64,000 nucleotides of DNA from Acidimicrobiia bacterium (GTDB taxonomy: Bacteria > Actinomycetota > Acidimicrobiia > Spongiisociales > UBA11373): the NCBI GenBank assembly GCA_040878325.1, contig JBBDMM010000016.1, positions 124,001 through 188,000 on the forward strand. The letters run 5' to 3'. The notes under the pieces were generated by a model. The model saw only the letters and a program-made list of their open reading frames with translations. It was not told the DNA's origin and searched no databases. This document shows positions 9,568 through 21,579 of this stretch, one piece after another. The translations under genes were made by a program, and so were the position numbers. The number at the start of each line of letters is the position of its first letter. Position 1 is the first letter of the stretch.

Positions 9568-10356
9568 ATGCGTCCCATCTGGAAAGGCGCCATCTCGTTC
9601 GGCCTGGTCACGATCCCGGTCGGGCTCTACACCGCCACTGAGGACAAGCGCCCCAGGTTCCGTCAGTTGCGATCGGGCGACCATGCGCGGATCAAGTACA
9701 AGCGGGTCGCGGATTCCGACGGGGAGGAGGTCCCCTACGAAGACATCGTCAAGGGCTTCGAGTTCGAGAAGGATCGCTATGTCGTGTTCACTGACGACGA
9801 ACTGGAGGCCGCCCTCAAGGCAAAGGGCTCGGGCATGGTGGATGTCGTCCAGTTCGTGAAGTCCGAGGAGATCGACCCCATCTATTACCGGGCCTCCTAC
9901 TACCTCGCTCCTGAGAAGACCGGCGTCAAGGCATATCGCATCCTCCTTTCTGCCCTGGAGGACAAAGGCATGGTCGGTTTGGCGAAGGTCGCCATCCGCG
10001 ACCGCGAGTACCCGGCCACCCTCCGCGCCGACGAGGGGGTGCTGGTGATGGAGACCATGTTCTGGCCCGACGAGATCCGTGAGCCGGCGTTCGAGGCACT
10101 CGAAGAGGAGATCACGGTCCGGCCAGAGGAGGTCAAGATGGCGCAGATGATCATCGACAACCTCACCGCACCATTCGATCCGAACGACTGGATCGATGTC
10201 TCCCGCGAAGCCGTCGAGGAACTGGCGCAGCGGAAGCTAGACGGCCAGGAGATCGTGAGTTCAGCCGAGGCGAGCCAGCCTGCGGGGGTCGTCGACCTGA
10301 TGGAAGCCCTCAAGGCGAGCGTCGAAGCCACCAAGGCCAAACGCAAGGCGGGGTAA
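9568..10356 (+). CDS. ku: NHEJ DNA end-binding protein Ku
   Basis: MRPIWKGAISFGLVTIPV, IVKGFE, EIDPIYY, VVDLMEALKAS. Confidence 0.96.
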   Translation: MRPIWKGAISFGLVTIPVGLYTATEDKRPRFRQLRSGDHARIKYKRVADSDGEEVPYEDIVKGFEFEKDRYVVFTDDELEAALKAKGSGMVDVVQFVKSEEIDPIYYRASYYLAPEKTGVKAYRILLSALEDKGMVGLAKVAIRDREYPATLRADEGVLVMETMFWPDEIREPAFEALEEEITVRPEEVKMAQMIIDNLTAPFDPNDWIDVSREAVEELAQRKLDGQEIVSSAEASQPAGVVDLMEALKASVEATKAKRKAG

Positions 10357-10377
10357 AGAGGGTTCGCTGCGCTCGCC

Positions 10378-10398
10378 GCAATTGGCAATCGGCGATTC
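10378..10398. repeat. Degenerate GCGATTG-type heptamer x3
   Basis: gcaattg gcaatcg gcgattc between the convergent ku and EamA genes. Confidence 0.5.
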
Positions 10399-10418
10399 CC
10401 ATCCCGGTCGAGGGATCG

Positions 10419-11327
10419 TCAGGTCTCCGCGGGTTGGGGTTTGAGGGTTTCACGCCGTCTGGGTCTCCACAGCACCCCGATCCATACCCCGGCGATGACG
10501 ATGGCACCGCCGACGACGCCGGCAACAGTGATCTCCTCTCCGGCTATCACGGCCCCGGCTACCAGTGCCACCACCGGCATCAGCGGGGTCACATAGGCCA
10601 CCGCCGATGCCGTCCACCGACCCAGCGTGAAGAGGAAGAGGGCAAACAAGCCCACCGAGCCGACCACCACCAGGTATCCGAGCGCCACCCGGGTCTGCGC
10701 CGACTGGGGGACCGCCCAAGCCTCACCGGAGAGCGCCGACAAGCCCAATAACAACGCCGACCCGATGCCCATTGCCGTGGCGTTGGTCGCGACCTGGTGC
10801 GTCGGAGGCACCAGCTTGACGACCACTGACGACTCGGCCGCTGCCGCCGAGGCAAGTAGAACGGCTCCAAGGCGGAGCAACGGCACCGAGTCACTACCGG
10901 GATTGGCGAGTACCCCGATCCCCACGATGGCGACCAGGGAGCCGAGGAGGCCGCGCCGGGTGACCCGCTCCAGGCCGTGCAGGGCCGCCAGCATGATCGT
11001 GATCAGGGGCGTCGCCCCAAACACCACCGCAGCGACGCCGGCCGATAATTCCTGTAGCGCCCAGTAGGCGGCGGCGTAGGTGACGGTGAACGCCAGCACG
11101 CCGTAGATGGCGGCCACCACCAGCTGTTTGCCGCGCGGTAAACCGATCCTGCGCAAGGCGATGAAGCCCAGAAAAAGCAGTGCTGCCGCCGCGAAACGGA
11201 GTCCCGCCCCGAATAGCGGTTCGAGCTCGCGGTTGGAGTACCGGACTGCGACGAAGTTGACCCCACCGATCAAGACGGTAGCTGAGAATGCTGCGAGGGT
11301 GAGACGGTTGGGCGCATCTGTCGGCAC
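10419..11327 (-). CDS. EamA/DMT family transporter
   Basis: About 10 TM helices in two EamA repeats. Confidence 0.9.
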   Translation of the reverse strand: MPTDAPNRLTLAAFSATVLIGGVNFVAVRYSNRELEPLFGAGLRFAAAALLFLGFIALRRIGLPRGKQLVVAAIYGVLAFTVTYAAAYWALQELSAGVAAVVFGATPLITIMLAALHGLERVTRRGLLGSLVAIVGIGVLANPGSDSVPLLRLGAVLLASAAAAESSVVVKLVPPTHQVATNATAMGIGSALLLGLSALSGEAWAVPQSAQTRVALGYLVVVGSVGLFALFLFTLGRWTASAVAYVTPLMPVVALVAGAVIAGEEITVAGVVGGAIVIAGVWIGVLWRPRRRETLKPQPAET

Positions 11328-11437
11328 GGTTTTCCCCTGAGAGGCAGCGAGATGCTAGCCCCCGGCCCTCGGGTGCGAGGGGACGGCGAGGATCACGCGC
11401 ACGGCCATGGCACCAGCGTGCGGCAGCCGGGTGAATT

Positions 11438-12373
11438 TCACAACGGCCGCTCGCCGTCCCAGGTGATCTCCTCCGGGTCGTCATCCGTGAATCCCTTGAA
11501 GACCGGATGGCGGAGCCTTCCGGCGGCGGTCCAGTTCCGGTAACCGACGGCGGCCACCAGATTCGGTTCCACCCAGGTTGCTGCGGGGATCTCGGGATCG
11601 GGGTGGAACGGCGACCGCTCAGACCGCATCTCGTCGAGGGCAGTCCGAATCACGCTCAGCGCCTCGTCGGAGAACCCGGAGCCGACGGCACCCACCCACC
11701 GCAGCGCTCCCTCGGCCGGCAGCCCCAGCAGCAAGGCACCGAACGTCGGGGCCCGACCACCGTCTCCAGCGGTGAACCCGCCGACGACAACGCGGGCGGT
11801 GTGAAGGTTGTGGATCTTGCGCCAGTCGGGAGAGCGAGTGCCGGGCCGATAGCGGCTTCCCAGCCGTTTGGCCACCATCCCTTCCAGATCGCGCTCGGCC
11901 ACGACGGTCCAGAGGCTGAGGCCGTCTCCCTCGGTCGGCTCGATCCGTGCGTAGGGAGCAGGCAGCGCGAGCGAAGCGAGCCGCTCGATCCGTGCTTCCA
12001 GCGGCTCGGTTGTCAGCGGGCCACCGTCGAAATGGAGAAGGTCGAATGCGATGAACGAGACCGGATGCGCCGTTGCCCTGGGGCCGAGCCGGTTCATCCG
12101 CTGTTGGAGCCTCTCGAACGAGGGGACCCCGGCATCGCCCAGAACGACGATTTCACCATCGAGAACACAAGGCGGCAGACCTTCCAGCCGGGTTAGCTCC
12201 GGATAGCGAGAGGAGACTTCGGTACCGCGGCGAGTGTGAATCTCGGCAGATTCGGTATCCCAAGTGACCACTCCCCGGATCCCGTCCCATTTTGGCTCGA
12301 ACAGCCACCCGTCATCAGAGAAGGCCTTCGGCCACGGGGTGGCCAGCATCGGCGCGTAGGGAGGGGGCCTCAC
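11438..12373 (-). CDS. ligD: ATP-dependent DNA ligase (LigD ligase domain only)
   Basis: PMLA, FEPKWDG (adenylated Lys), LDGEIV, AFDLL, EGMVAK, YRPGTRSPDWRK, LRHPVF; no polymerase or phosphoesterase domain. Confidence 0.9.
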   Translation of the reverse strand: MRPPPYAPMLATPWPKAFSDDGWLFEPKWDGIRGVVTWDTESAEIHTRRGTEVSSRYPELTRLEGLPPCVLDGEIVVLGDAGVPSFERLQQRMNRLGPRATAHPVSFIAFDLLHFDGGPLTTEPLEARIERLASLALPAPYARIEPTEGDGLSLWTVVAERDLEGMVAKRLGSRYRPGTRSPDWRKIHNLHTARVVVGGFTAGDGGRAPTFGALLLGLPAEGALRWVGAVGSGFSDEALSVIRTALDEMRSERSPFHPDPEIPAATWVEPNLVAAVGYRNWTAAGRLRHPVFKGFTDDDPEEITWDGERPL

Positions 12374-12831
12374 CCCTGCTCCAGGGCCTCCCGAACGAGG
12401 CGGCTCACCAGCGAGCCATCCATCCCGAGCGGGCCGTTCTTCATGATGTGGCCGATCACCTGGCCTGCTTGCTTGGCGTCGCTGGCTCGGAGCTCCTTGA
12501 TGGCGATGTCGACGACCTTGCGGGTCGCTGCCTCGTCAAGGGTCGTCGGGAGCCATCGGGCCAGGTATTCGATCTCGAACGTGAGCTTCTCGACGGTGCT
12601 CTGACCCCTCTCGCCGACGGCGCGGAACTCGTCGCGAGCCTTGTCCATCTTCTTGATATACGCCGCGATCACCGATCGATAGAGCGCATCGTCGGCCTCG
12701 CCCTTGAATCCGGGCTCACTGCGCGCCTTGGAGACCTCCGTCTCGATCTGCCTGATCACATCGAGGCGATTGCGGTCTCGAGCACGCATCGCGTCCCTGA
12801 GTTCGGCGGTGAGTTCTTCGTGGATCGACAT
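12370..12831 (-). CDS. GatB/YqeY domain protein
   Basis: ELRDAMRARD...EIEYLARWLP...GQVIGHIMK...VSRLVREAL; start ATG 12831. Confidence 0.88.
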   Translation of the reverse strand: MSIHEELTAELRDAMRARDRNRLDVIRQIETEVSKARSEPGFKGEADDALYRSVIAAYIKKMDKARDEFRAVGERGQSTVEKLTFEIEYLARWLPTTLDEAATRKVVDIAIKELRASDAKQAGQVIGHIMKNGPLGMDGSLVSRLVREALEQG

Positions 12832-12936
12832 GGCCGCCGCAGGGTAATGCCGGAAGCAGCCAACTTTCGCCGAAATTGCGCCAAGTCGGGGGTTTAGACC
12901 CCGCCGGCGCGGGGCAACAACTGCCGCCAAAACCCC

Positions 12937-12965
12937 TTGACCAACTGGCAGATCGCGCCTAGTTT
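12937..12965 (+). promoter_or_regulatory. Putative SigA promoter of whiB1
   Basis: TTGACC-N17-TAGTTT; a second TTGACA lies at 12965-12970. Confidence 0.55.
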
Positions 12966-12976
12966 TGACACTGCCT

Positions 12977-12992
12977 TGTGAATGATTTCACA
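12977..12992. promoter_or_regulatory. CRP/GlxR-type binding site
   Basis: Perfect TGTGA-N6-TCACA (tgtga atgatt tcaca), 36 nt upstream of whiB1. Confidence 0.8.
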
Positions 12993-13028
12993 TTCGCCGG
13001 GCGTGTGGAGGAGGAACAGAGAAATCCC

Positions 13029-13295
13029 ATGCTGACCATTACCGATTGGAGAGAGCTCTCCGCGTGTCGAGATTCCGACCCGAGCCTCTTCTTCCCGATC
13101 GGCACCACCGGACCCGCCATCGACCAGATCGAAGCCGCCAAGGCCATCTGCGCCCAGTGTCCCGTCCAGGAAGAGTGCCTGAATTACGCCCTGGAGACCA
13201 ACCAGGAAGCTGGCGTCTGGGGTGGCTATGCCGAAGACGAGCGGCGACGGCTGCGCAAGCGCTGGCTCGCCGAACGCCGGAAGCGGGCCTCCTAA
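13029..13295 (+). CDS. whiB1: WhiB family Fe-S transcription regulator (WhiB1/WblE-like)
   Basis: Four Cys (C..., CAQC, C), LFFPIGTTGPA, GVWGG, basic tail; GGAGGAGG upstream. Confidence 0.92.
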   Translation: MLTITDWRELSACRDSDPSLFFPIGTTGPAIDQIEAAKAICAQCPVQEECLNYALETNQEAGVWGGYAEDERRRLRKRWLAERRKRAS

Positions 13296-13337
13296 GGGCC
13301 TCGCTTCGCTCGGCCCGCGATTGGCGATTGGCAATTG
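13296..13337. repeat. REP-like element plus (GCGATTG) heptamers
   Basis: gggcctcgcttcgctcggcccgcgattggcgattggcaattg; a near-identical inverted copy of the first 26 nt lies at about 39729-39754. Confidence 0.75.
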
Positions 13338-13521
13338 GGACAATTCGAAGGACAGCCTCAAGGCGCCTCCAGAGCCCAAGCCCGATCTTGCGGACCGGCG
13401 GAACCGAGCGTCGGTCGACTGCTGACGCCTCCCTGACGGCGGCAGACCATTGCTCACCAGCCGGAGTCATCAGGACCGCCGTTCGAAACCCCGCCCACCT
13501 TGCCTTGCGAGGCTGTGAGCC

Positions 13522-13764
13522 TTAGCTACCGAACCCCACGAGGCGTTCGCGCGGGGCTTCGACATCGACGTAGGCGACCTTGTCGACCACGATTCCGTGG
13601 CGGTGGCCCTCCTGATCGTCGATCCACCACACCTTGTCCGGGCCGTTGATCACCCGTTCGAATTCGGCCATGAACGCATCCCCGTCGGCAACGTCGATGT
13701 CGATCTCGCGAGGTGCGTAGGTGATCCCGATCTTGACGCGCGTCTTATTCGAGGTGTTGGCCAT
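13522..13764 (-). CDS. DUF3107-like small actinobacterial protein
   Basis: VKIGITYAPREIDI...KVAYVDV...VGF; start ATG 13764, 7 nt after TACCAT. Confidence 0.8.
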   Translation of the reverse strand: MANTSNKTRVKIGITYAPREIDIDVADGDAFMAEFERVINGPDKVWWIDDQEGHRHGIVVDKVAYVDVEAPRERLVGFGS

Positions 13765-13779
13765 CTTGAAGATGGTACC

Positions 13780-13902
13780 CCAGCCCCAGCCCCAGCCACG
13801 GCCAGAGACGGCCAACGCGGAGAGTCAAAGCACCTTCCGGCCGTGGCTGAAGCCGGAGCCGGGGCTGTCTCTGGCTGGAGCCGGAGCCGGAGCGGAGGCC
13901 GG
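13780..13902. repeat. Palindromic 6-nt-unit repeat between mrp and DUF3107
   Basis: cagccacggcc (13793-13803) / ggccgtggctg (13839-13849); gccagagac / gtctctggc; runs of ggagcc. Confidence 0.7.
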
Positions 13903-14985
13903 CTAGCGAATGATCAACTCAGGGTGCGTTCTTACGCGGGGCCGCAGTTCGACGATCTTCAGCGCGATCGCGTCGAAGGCTTGGGCGGCTTCCGATTCGG
14001 GGGCGGCGATGGCCACCGGCTCGCCGCGGTCGGCACCGGCGCGCATGGCCGGGAGAAGCGGGATCTTGCCCAGCAGCGGGACCCCTAGCTCCGCGGCGAG
14101 CGATTCGGCGCCCCCGGAACCGAATATCTCATATCGGGTCCCGTCGTCACCGGTGAACCATGACATGTTCTCGATGACTCCCAGGACCTCCTGGTTCACC
14201 TTCTCCGCCATCCCCGCCGCCCTCTTGGCGACCCGCTGTGCGGTGATCTGTGGGGTCGTGACCACGACCGTCTGCGACCGGGGAAGGAACTGCGAGATCG
14301 AGATGGCCACATCCCCGGTTCCCGGCGGCATGTCGATCAGCAGAAACTCGGGCTCGTCCCAATACACGTCGTTGAGGAACTGCTCGAGCGCCTTGTGGAG
14401 CATCGGCCCCCGCCAGACCACGGCCTGATCGGCGGGGACGAAGAAGTCCATCGATATCGCCCGAACGCCGTTGGCGCCTGAAGGGATGATCAGACCGGCG
14501 ACGGCTTGGGGTGGGGTCTCGATGCCCAGCATCCGCGGGATCGAGTACCCCCAGACGTCGGCATCGATCACCGCTACGTCGTGCCCCGACCGGGCAAGGG
14601 CGACGGCGGTGTTGGTGGTGACGGATGACTTGCCCACCCCACCCTTACCGGATGCCACCGCGATCACCCGGGTTCGAGAGCCCGCACCACCCACGGTGCG
14701 CTCCCCCTTCAGCCTCGCCGCCAACACCTCCTGCTCCGCGCCATCGAGGAAGGCAACGTCGACCTGGACTTCCTCGACGCCTTCCTGCTCCTTCGCCACT
14801 TCGGCAATCAGGCGCCCCAGGGGCTCGGCGTTCCAGTTGGGGGTCGGGACGGCGATCCCCACGGCGACGACGCCGGACGGGCCGACGGTGACCTCCCGTA
14901 TCAGGCCGAGGTCGCCGATTGGCCGCCGCAGGTCAGGATCGACGACGCCAGAAAGCGCGCCGAACAGCTCTGAGTCCCTTGCCAT
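13903..14985 (-). CDS. mrp: Mrp/NBP35 (ApbC) family P-loop ATPase
   Basis: SGKGGVGKS, DADVWG, WRGPM, DMPPGTGD, VTTPQ, ENMS; N-terminal DUF59-like domain. Start ATG 14985. Confidence 0.93.
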   Translation of the reverse strand: MARDSELFGALSGVVDPDLRRPIGDLGLIREVTVGPSGVVAVGIAVPTPNWNAEPLGRLIAEVAKEQEGVEEVQVDVAFLDGAEQEVLAARLKGERTVGGAGSRTRVIAVASGKGGVGKSSVTTNTAVALARSGHDVAVIDADVWGYSIPRMLGIETPPQAVAGLIIPSGANGVRAISMDFFVPADQAVVWRGPMLHKALEQFLNDVYWDEPEFLLIDMPPGTGDVAISISQFLPRSQTVVVTTPQITAQRVAKRAAGMAEKVNQEVLGVIENMSWFTGDDGTRYEIFGSGGAESLAAELGVPLLGKIPLLPAMRAGADRGEPVAIAAPESEAAQAFDAIALKIVELRPRVRTHPELIIR

Positions 14986-15038
14986 GGGCTGATCGTAGGC
15001 CAGAAGGCAGCCGGCCCCAGCGGCCGAAGGCCGCCCGC

Positions 15039-16940
15039 CTACCACGCCCCGCCGCCGCCACCGCCGCCACCGCCACCACCACCGCCCCAGAACCCCCCGC
15101 CTCCCCCACCAGACGAAGACGGCGGGGTGAATGCACCGTTGAGCGCAGAGGCGATCCCGGTGATCGCGTTCGACGAATGACCGCCGTACCCATGGCTGCC
15201 GTACCAGTAGAGGTTGCTGTCGTTCAGTTCCGGCGGTGCTTGCAGCCGGGCGGCTTCCAGGACGTCGTCGGCGACCCCGAGGGCGATGGCATAGACGAGG
15301 TACTCCTCCCAGAGGGCCAACGACATCGGCGGCGCCTCGTCCATTCGGCTGAAGTCCTCGAGGTAGTCCCGGAACGCCCGCCAGCGGGCATTCATCAGGG
15401 CACCAGCCTTCGACCTCCGAACCCACAGGGTGTGCCTAAAGGCCAACGCGAGGGCGACCAGGATGGCGAAGACCGTCACGACGACGATTCCGACTCGCAT
15501 GATCTCGACGTCTATGAGGTCGAAGAACGCGGCGAGCATTGGGCCGAGCACGAAGTACCCGAACACGCCGATGATCGCGAAGGTTGCGGCCAGGATGAGC
15601 GGACCCGTGTAGCGCGCCTTGTCGTTGATGAGCCCGGCGGAAACGAGGGCCTGGCTGACCTTCTCCCGGAACGACCGATAGGTGGTGGCGTTGGCGGCGG
15701 CATCCTCGCGGATGCGCTTGCGAAATGCAGTCAGCGGCTGGGGCCCATCCTCGAGAACTCGCTGCACGACGGTCACCACCGACCGCTCGTATGCCCTCAA
15801 CTCCCGGTCGGCGTCGCCCATCGCAATCTCGAGGTCGGAGATCTCCTCACGCCTGAGGCCCGCCCAGGTCTTGCGATCCACCGACACGGGCCGGGCAACC
15901 AAGACCCCCTGGCGGATGAGATCGAACAGGGTCGCGGTGAACTCGGCCTCGTCAGAAGTCCCCTGGGCGACGAGGGCCCCCACCTCGGCTGGCGGGTCGT
16001 CGGACGGCGGAGCCTGCTCGTACTCCCGGTCATAGGCGACCCTGGGCTCCGAGCCATACCGCCGGAATGCCCAGATGACCCCGACCGGGATCGGGATCAA
16101 GAAGAATGCCAAAGCCCCCAGCGTGACCTTGAGCCGGCGGCCCTCCTGGAGGCGGCGATCGGCGTTGAGCCCCAGGTCACGGGCGAAGTGTTCCTCTTCG
16201 GCGAGGATGCCCTCGAGAGCGTCCCCGGCCTCGACCCTGGCCCCCCCTGTCGACGACAGCAGCTCCCGCGGAAACACCACGCGAATCTCCACCCATTCGT
16301 GATCTGGCACGTTGGTCGCCTCCAGGGTCGGAGACAGGCCATCCGGGCCGAGCGAGGTCGACCCGCCAGCCGAAGCAGCGTGCCCCCAAACGAGCACCTC
16401 ACCCGGCCGGGCGCCCGCCGGGATCACCACCTCGGCTGTGAGATTGTCGAGGTCGAAGTCCCACTCCTGGCCCCAGACCTTGAAGTTGACGTCGACGACG
16501 TCGGCGTAAGCGACCGCCAGGCCGTCCATTCGATAGGTCACCGAGAACGTCCGCCGCTCGTCGCTCGCCCGGTAATGCCAGACCACCCGGACGATGGACC
16601 CGAGATCCACGACTCCATAGCTGCCGGGATCGCCCGACGAGCCGAGCGCCGTCGGGGCCCCGGGGTCGTACCCCACGCCGTCTTCCGAGACGACCACATC
16701 GGTGATCGATTCACCCGCCCGCAGCGGAATGTCTCGATATGCGCCCTGGAACGACCCGTCGAACGAGAAGGTGAGATCCTCGCGGACCGTCAGCGAACCA
16801 TCGGGGTTCACGGTGATCGCGACGTGCGCCTCGACGACGCGATACGACAGAGCCTGGGCCACCGGCATCGCCAGCGCTAGAAACGCCAACGACAGCAGCC
16901 CGATGACGGCGAGACGGCGGACGGGCGAAGGATCGATCAT
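15039..16940 (-). CDS. DUF2207 family membrane protein
   Basis: Signal peptide, extracellular domain, TMs, WEEYLVYAIALGV, Gly-rich GGGGAW tail; downstream of lemA. Confidence 0.9.
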   Translation of the reverse strand: MIDPSPVRRLAVIGLLSLAFLALAMPVAQALSYRVVEAHVAITVNPDGSLTVREDLTFSFDGSFQGAYRDIPLRAGESITDVVVSEDGVGYDPGAPTALGSSGDPGSYGVVDLGSIVRVVWHYRASDERRTFSVTYRMDGLAVAYADVVDVNFKVWGQEWDFDLDNLTAEVVIPAGARPGEVLVWGHAASAGGSTSLGPDGLSPTLEATNVPDHEWVEIRVVFPRELLSSTGGARVEAGDALEGILAEEEHFARDLGLNADRRLQEGRRLKVTLGALAFFLIPIPVGVIWAFRRYGSEPRVAYDREYEQAPPSDDPPAEVGALVAQGTSDEAEFTATLFDLIRQGVLVARPVSVDRKTWAGLRREEISDLEIAMGDADRELRAYERSVVTVVQRVLEDGPQPLTAFRKRIREDAAANATTYRSFREKVSQALVSAGLINDKARYTGPLILAATFAIIGVFGYFVLGPMLAAFFDLIDVEIMRVGIVVVTVFAILVALALAFRHTLWVRRSKAGALMNARWRAFRDYLEDFSRMDEAPPMSLALWEEYLVYAIALGVADDVLEAARLQAPPELNDSNLYWYGSHGYGGHSSNAITGIASALNGAFTPPSSSGGGGGGFWGGGGGGGGGGGGGAW

Positions 16941-16998
16941 CGGACTCGCCGCTCATCGGCTGTCGGTCGCATGGGGATTCGTCGCAGGGTCGACGGGG

Positions 16999-17547
16999 TC
17001 AGAAGCTCACCTCGGGAGCGCTGCGGGCATCGTCCTCGATCTCGAAGTAGGCCCTCTTTGCGAAGTTGAACATGCTGGCGATGATGTTCGACGGCACCGT
17101 CTGGACCGCGTTGTTGTAGGTGAGCGTCGAGTCGTTGTAGATCTGACGCGACACCGAGATTCGGTTCTCGGTCTCGGCGAGCTCCTCTTGCAGGCGGCGG
17201 AAGTTCTCGCTCGCCCGCAGCTCGGGGTACGCCTCGGCGAGCGCAAACAGCTTGCGGAGCGCTCCGGTCAGCATGTTCTCGGCCACCGCCTGCTCCTCGA
17301 CAGTCGAGGCATCTTGGGCGGCCGTGCGTGCCCGCACTACTTCCTCGAAGGTCTCCCGCTCGTGGGCCGCGTATCCCTTCACCGTCTCAACGATGTTGGG
17401 AATGAGGTCGTAGCGGCGCTTCAGTTGCACATCCACCTGAGACCAGGCGTTGTCGGTGCGGTTGCGGAGGCGAACCAGCCGGTTGTAGATGGCGATGACG
17501 GCCAGCACCAGCAGGCCGATTACAGCGAGTCCGATGATCAGTGGCAT
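16999..17547 (-). CDS. lemA: LemA family protein
   Basis: [36 protein letters not shown]. Confidence 0.95.
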   Translation of the reverse strand: MPLIIGLAVIGLLVLAVIAIYNRLVRLRNRTDNAWSQVDVQLKRRYDLIPNIVETVKGYAAHERETFEEVVRARTAAQDASTVEEQAVAENMLTGALRKLFALAEAYPELRASENFRRLQEELAETENRISVSRQIYNDSTLTYNNAVQTVPSNIIASMFNFAKRAYFEIEDDARSAPEVSF

Positions 17548-17757
17548 GCCCTAAGAGTACCGGGGAGGGAGGCGGTTGGCGGAGCTGGCGGGCAACCCGG
17601 CACGGACCGCCGTAACCGTCTCGCCGCGATCTGACCGAAGGGTGGCGGCTCTTGAAGGGGTGACCGAATACGTCGCTCGCTTCATCAGGTTCGGCTTGTG
17701 GCAAGCCGAACCCTGACCCCGGGGCGAGCCATTTCGCTCACCCCTTAAACTCGGAGC

Positions 17758-20502
<2,745 letters not shown>

Positions 20503-20512
20503 TATTTTCGCG

Positions 20513-21553
20513 ATGATCGAACGACTCCACCTCCACGAGGTCGAACTGGGGTTCGCCGAACCGCTGGTCACCCCCGATGGGGTCTACCCGAGCAGACGGT
20601 CGATCCTGGTAGGCGCCGAGGCCGGCGGAGTCGTTGGCTGGGGCGAAGCCCCGGCGTTCCCGTCGAGGCGCTGGGGCACCGCCGAGGCGGCGTGGGCCGC
20701 TCTCGAATCGGCCGATGTCATCCGGGGCGAGGCCCCGCTCCCCCCCATCGCCAGCGCGGCGCTGCAGGCCGCCACTGCCGACCTTCAGGCTCGCATGGCG
20801 GGTCTGCCGTTCCACCGGTTCCTCGGAGCAGGTACCCGCCGGGTCGTCGCCAGGCACACTCTGGGACTCGCCACCGAGCCGGGCGATCTGGTGGAACGGT
20901 TGGGCCGGCTGACGGCAGGGGGCCTCAAAGCGATCAAAGTGAAGATCGCTCCCGGGCGGGATGCCGAAACCGTCGGGGCGATTCGCGACTCGTTTCCGCT
21001 CATCGACCTCGCCGTCGACGCGAACGCCACCTACCGGAGCCCCGCCGACCCGATCTTCGAACGCCTCGCCGAAGCCCGCGTCTCACTCATCGAGCAGCCG
21101 TTCCCGGCCCACGACCTGGCGGCGCATGCCGAACTGAGGCGTAGAGGGCTGATCCCAGTAGCGGTCGACGAAGCGATCCACTCCATCGGCGACGTCCGCC
21201 AGATCCTCCGTGCCGATGCCGCCGACCTCCTGTCCGTGAAGGTGAACCGGCTCGGACTCGAAGCGGCGAAGGCAATCCTCGCCCTCGCCGTCGGCGAGGG
21301 CATCAGGGTGAAGGTCGGAGGAACTTTCGACACCGCGATCGGCCGGCGGCTGTTGCTCGCCTTCGCCATGCTCGACGGAGTGGCCGACGCCGAGATCGCG
21401 CCACCCCTGGGCTACCTCCAGGCCGACGTGGCCGACTACCCGCCGCTCATCGAGGGGGAAGCGGCGCCCGACGAAACACCCGGCATCGGAGCCTCACCCG
21501 ATCGGGAGCGGCTGGCCCGACTAGAGATCCGCAGGACGGTGGTGGTCGCCTAG
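20513..21553 (+). CDS. Enolase superfamily protein, o-succinylbenzoate synthase / N-acylamino acid racemase-like
   Basis: GWGE, KVKI, VDAN, IEQP, VDE and a second Lys (SVKV); start ATG 20513. Confidence 0.8.
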   Translation: MIERLHLHEVELGFAEPLVTPDGVYPSRRSILVGAEAGGVVGWGEAPAFPSRRWGTAEAAWAALESADVIRGEAPLPPIASAALQAATADLQARMAGLPFHRFLGAGTRRVVARHTLGLATEPGDLVERLGRLTAGGLKAIKVKIAPGRDAETVGAIRDSFPLIDLAVDANATYRSPADPIFERLAEARVSLIEQPFPAHDLAAHAELRRRGLIPVAVDEAIHSIGDVRQILRADAADLLSVKVNRLGLEAAKAILALAVGEGIRVKVGGTFDTAIGRRLLLAFAMLDGVADAEIAPPLGYLQADVADYPPLIEGEAAPDETPGIGASPDRERLARLEIRRTVVVA

Positions 21554-21579
21554 GAGTGAGAGTCGCCACCGGGACCTGG

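Noticed and set aside
8174..9600. tRNA-Arg as an integration site for an island or prophage
   Set aside because: No integrase and no duplicated tRNA 3' end were seen in the window. The gap content remains unknown.
15039..15130. (CCG/CCA)n repeat
   Set aside because: It encodes the Gly-rich tail typical of DUF2207 proteins.
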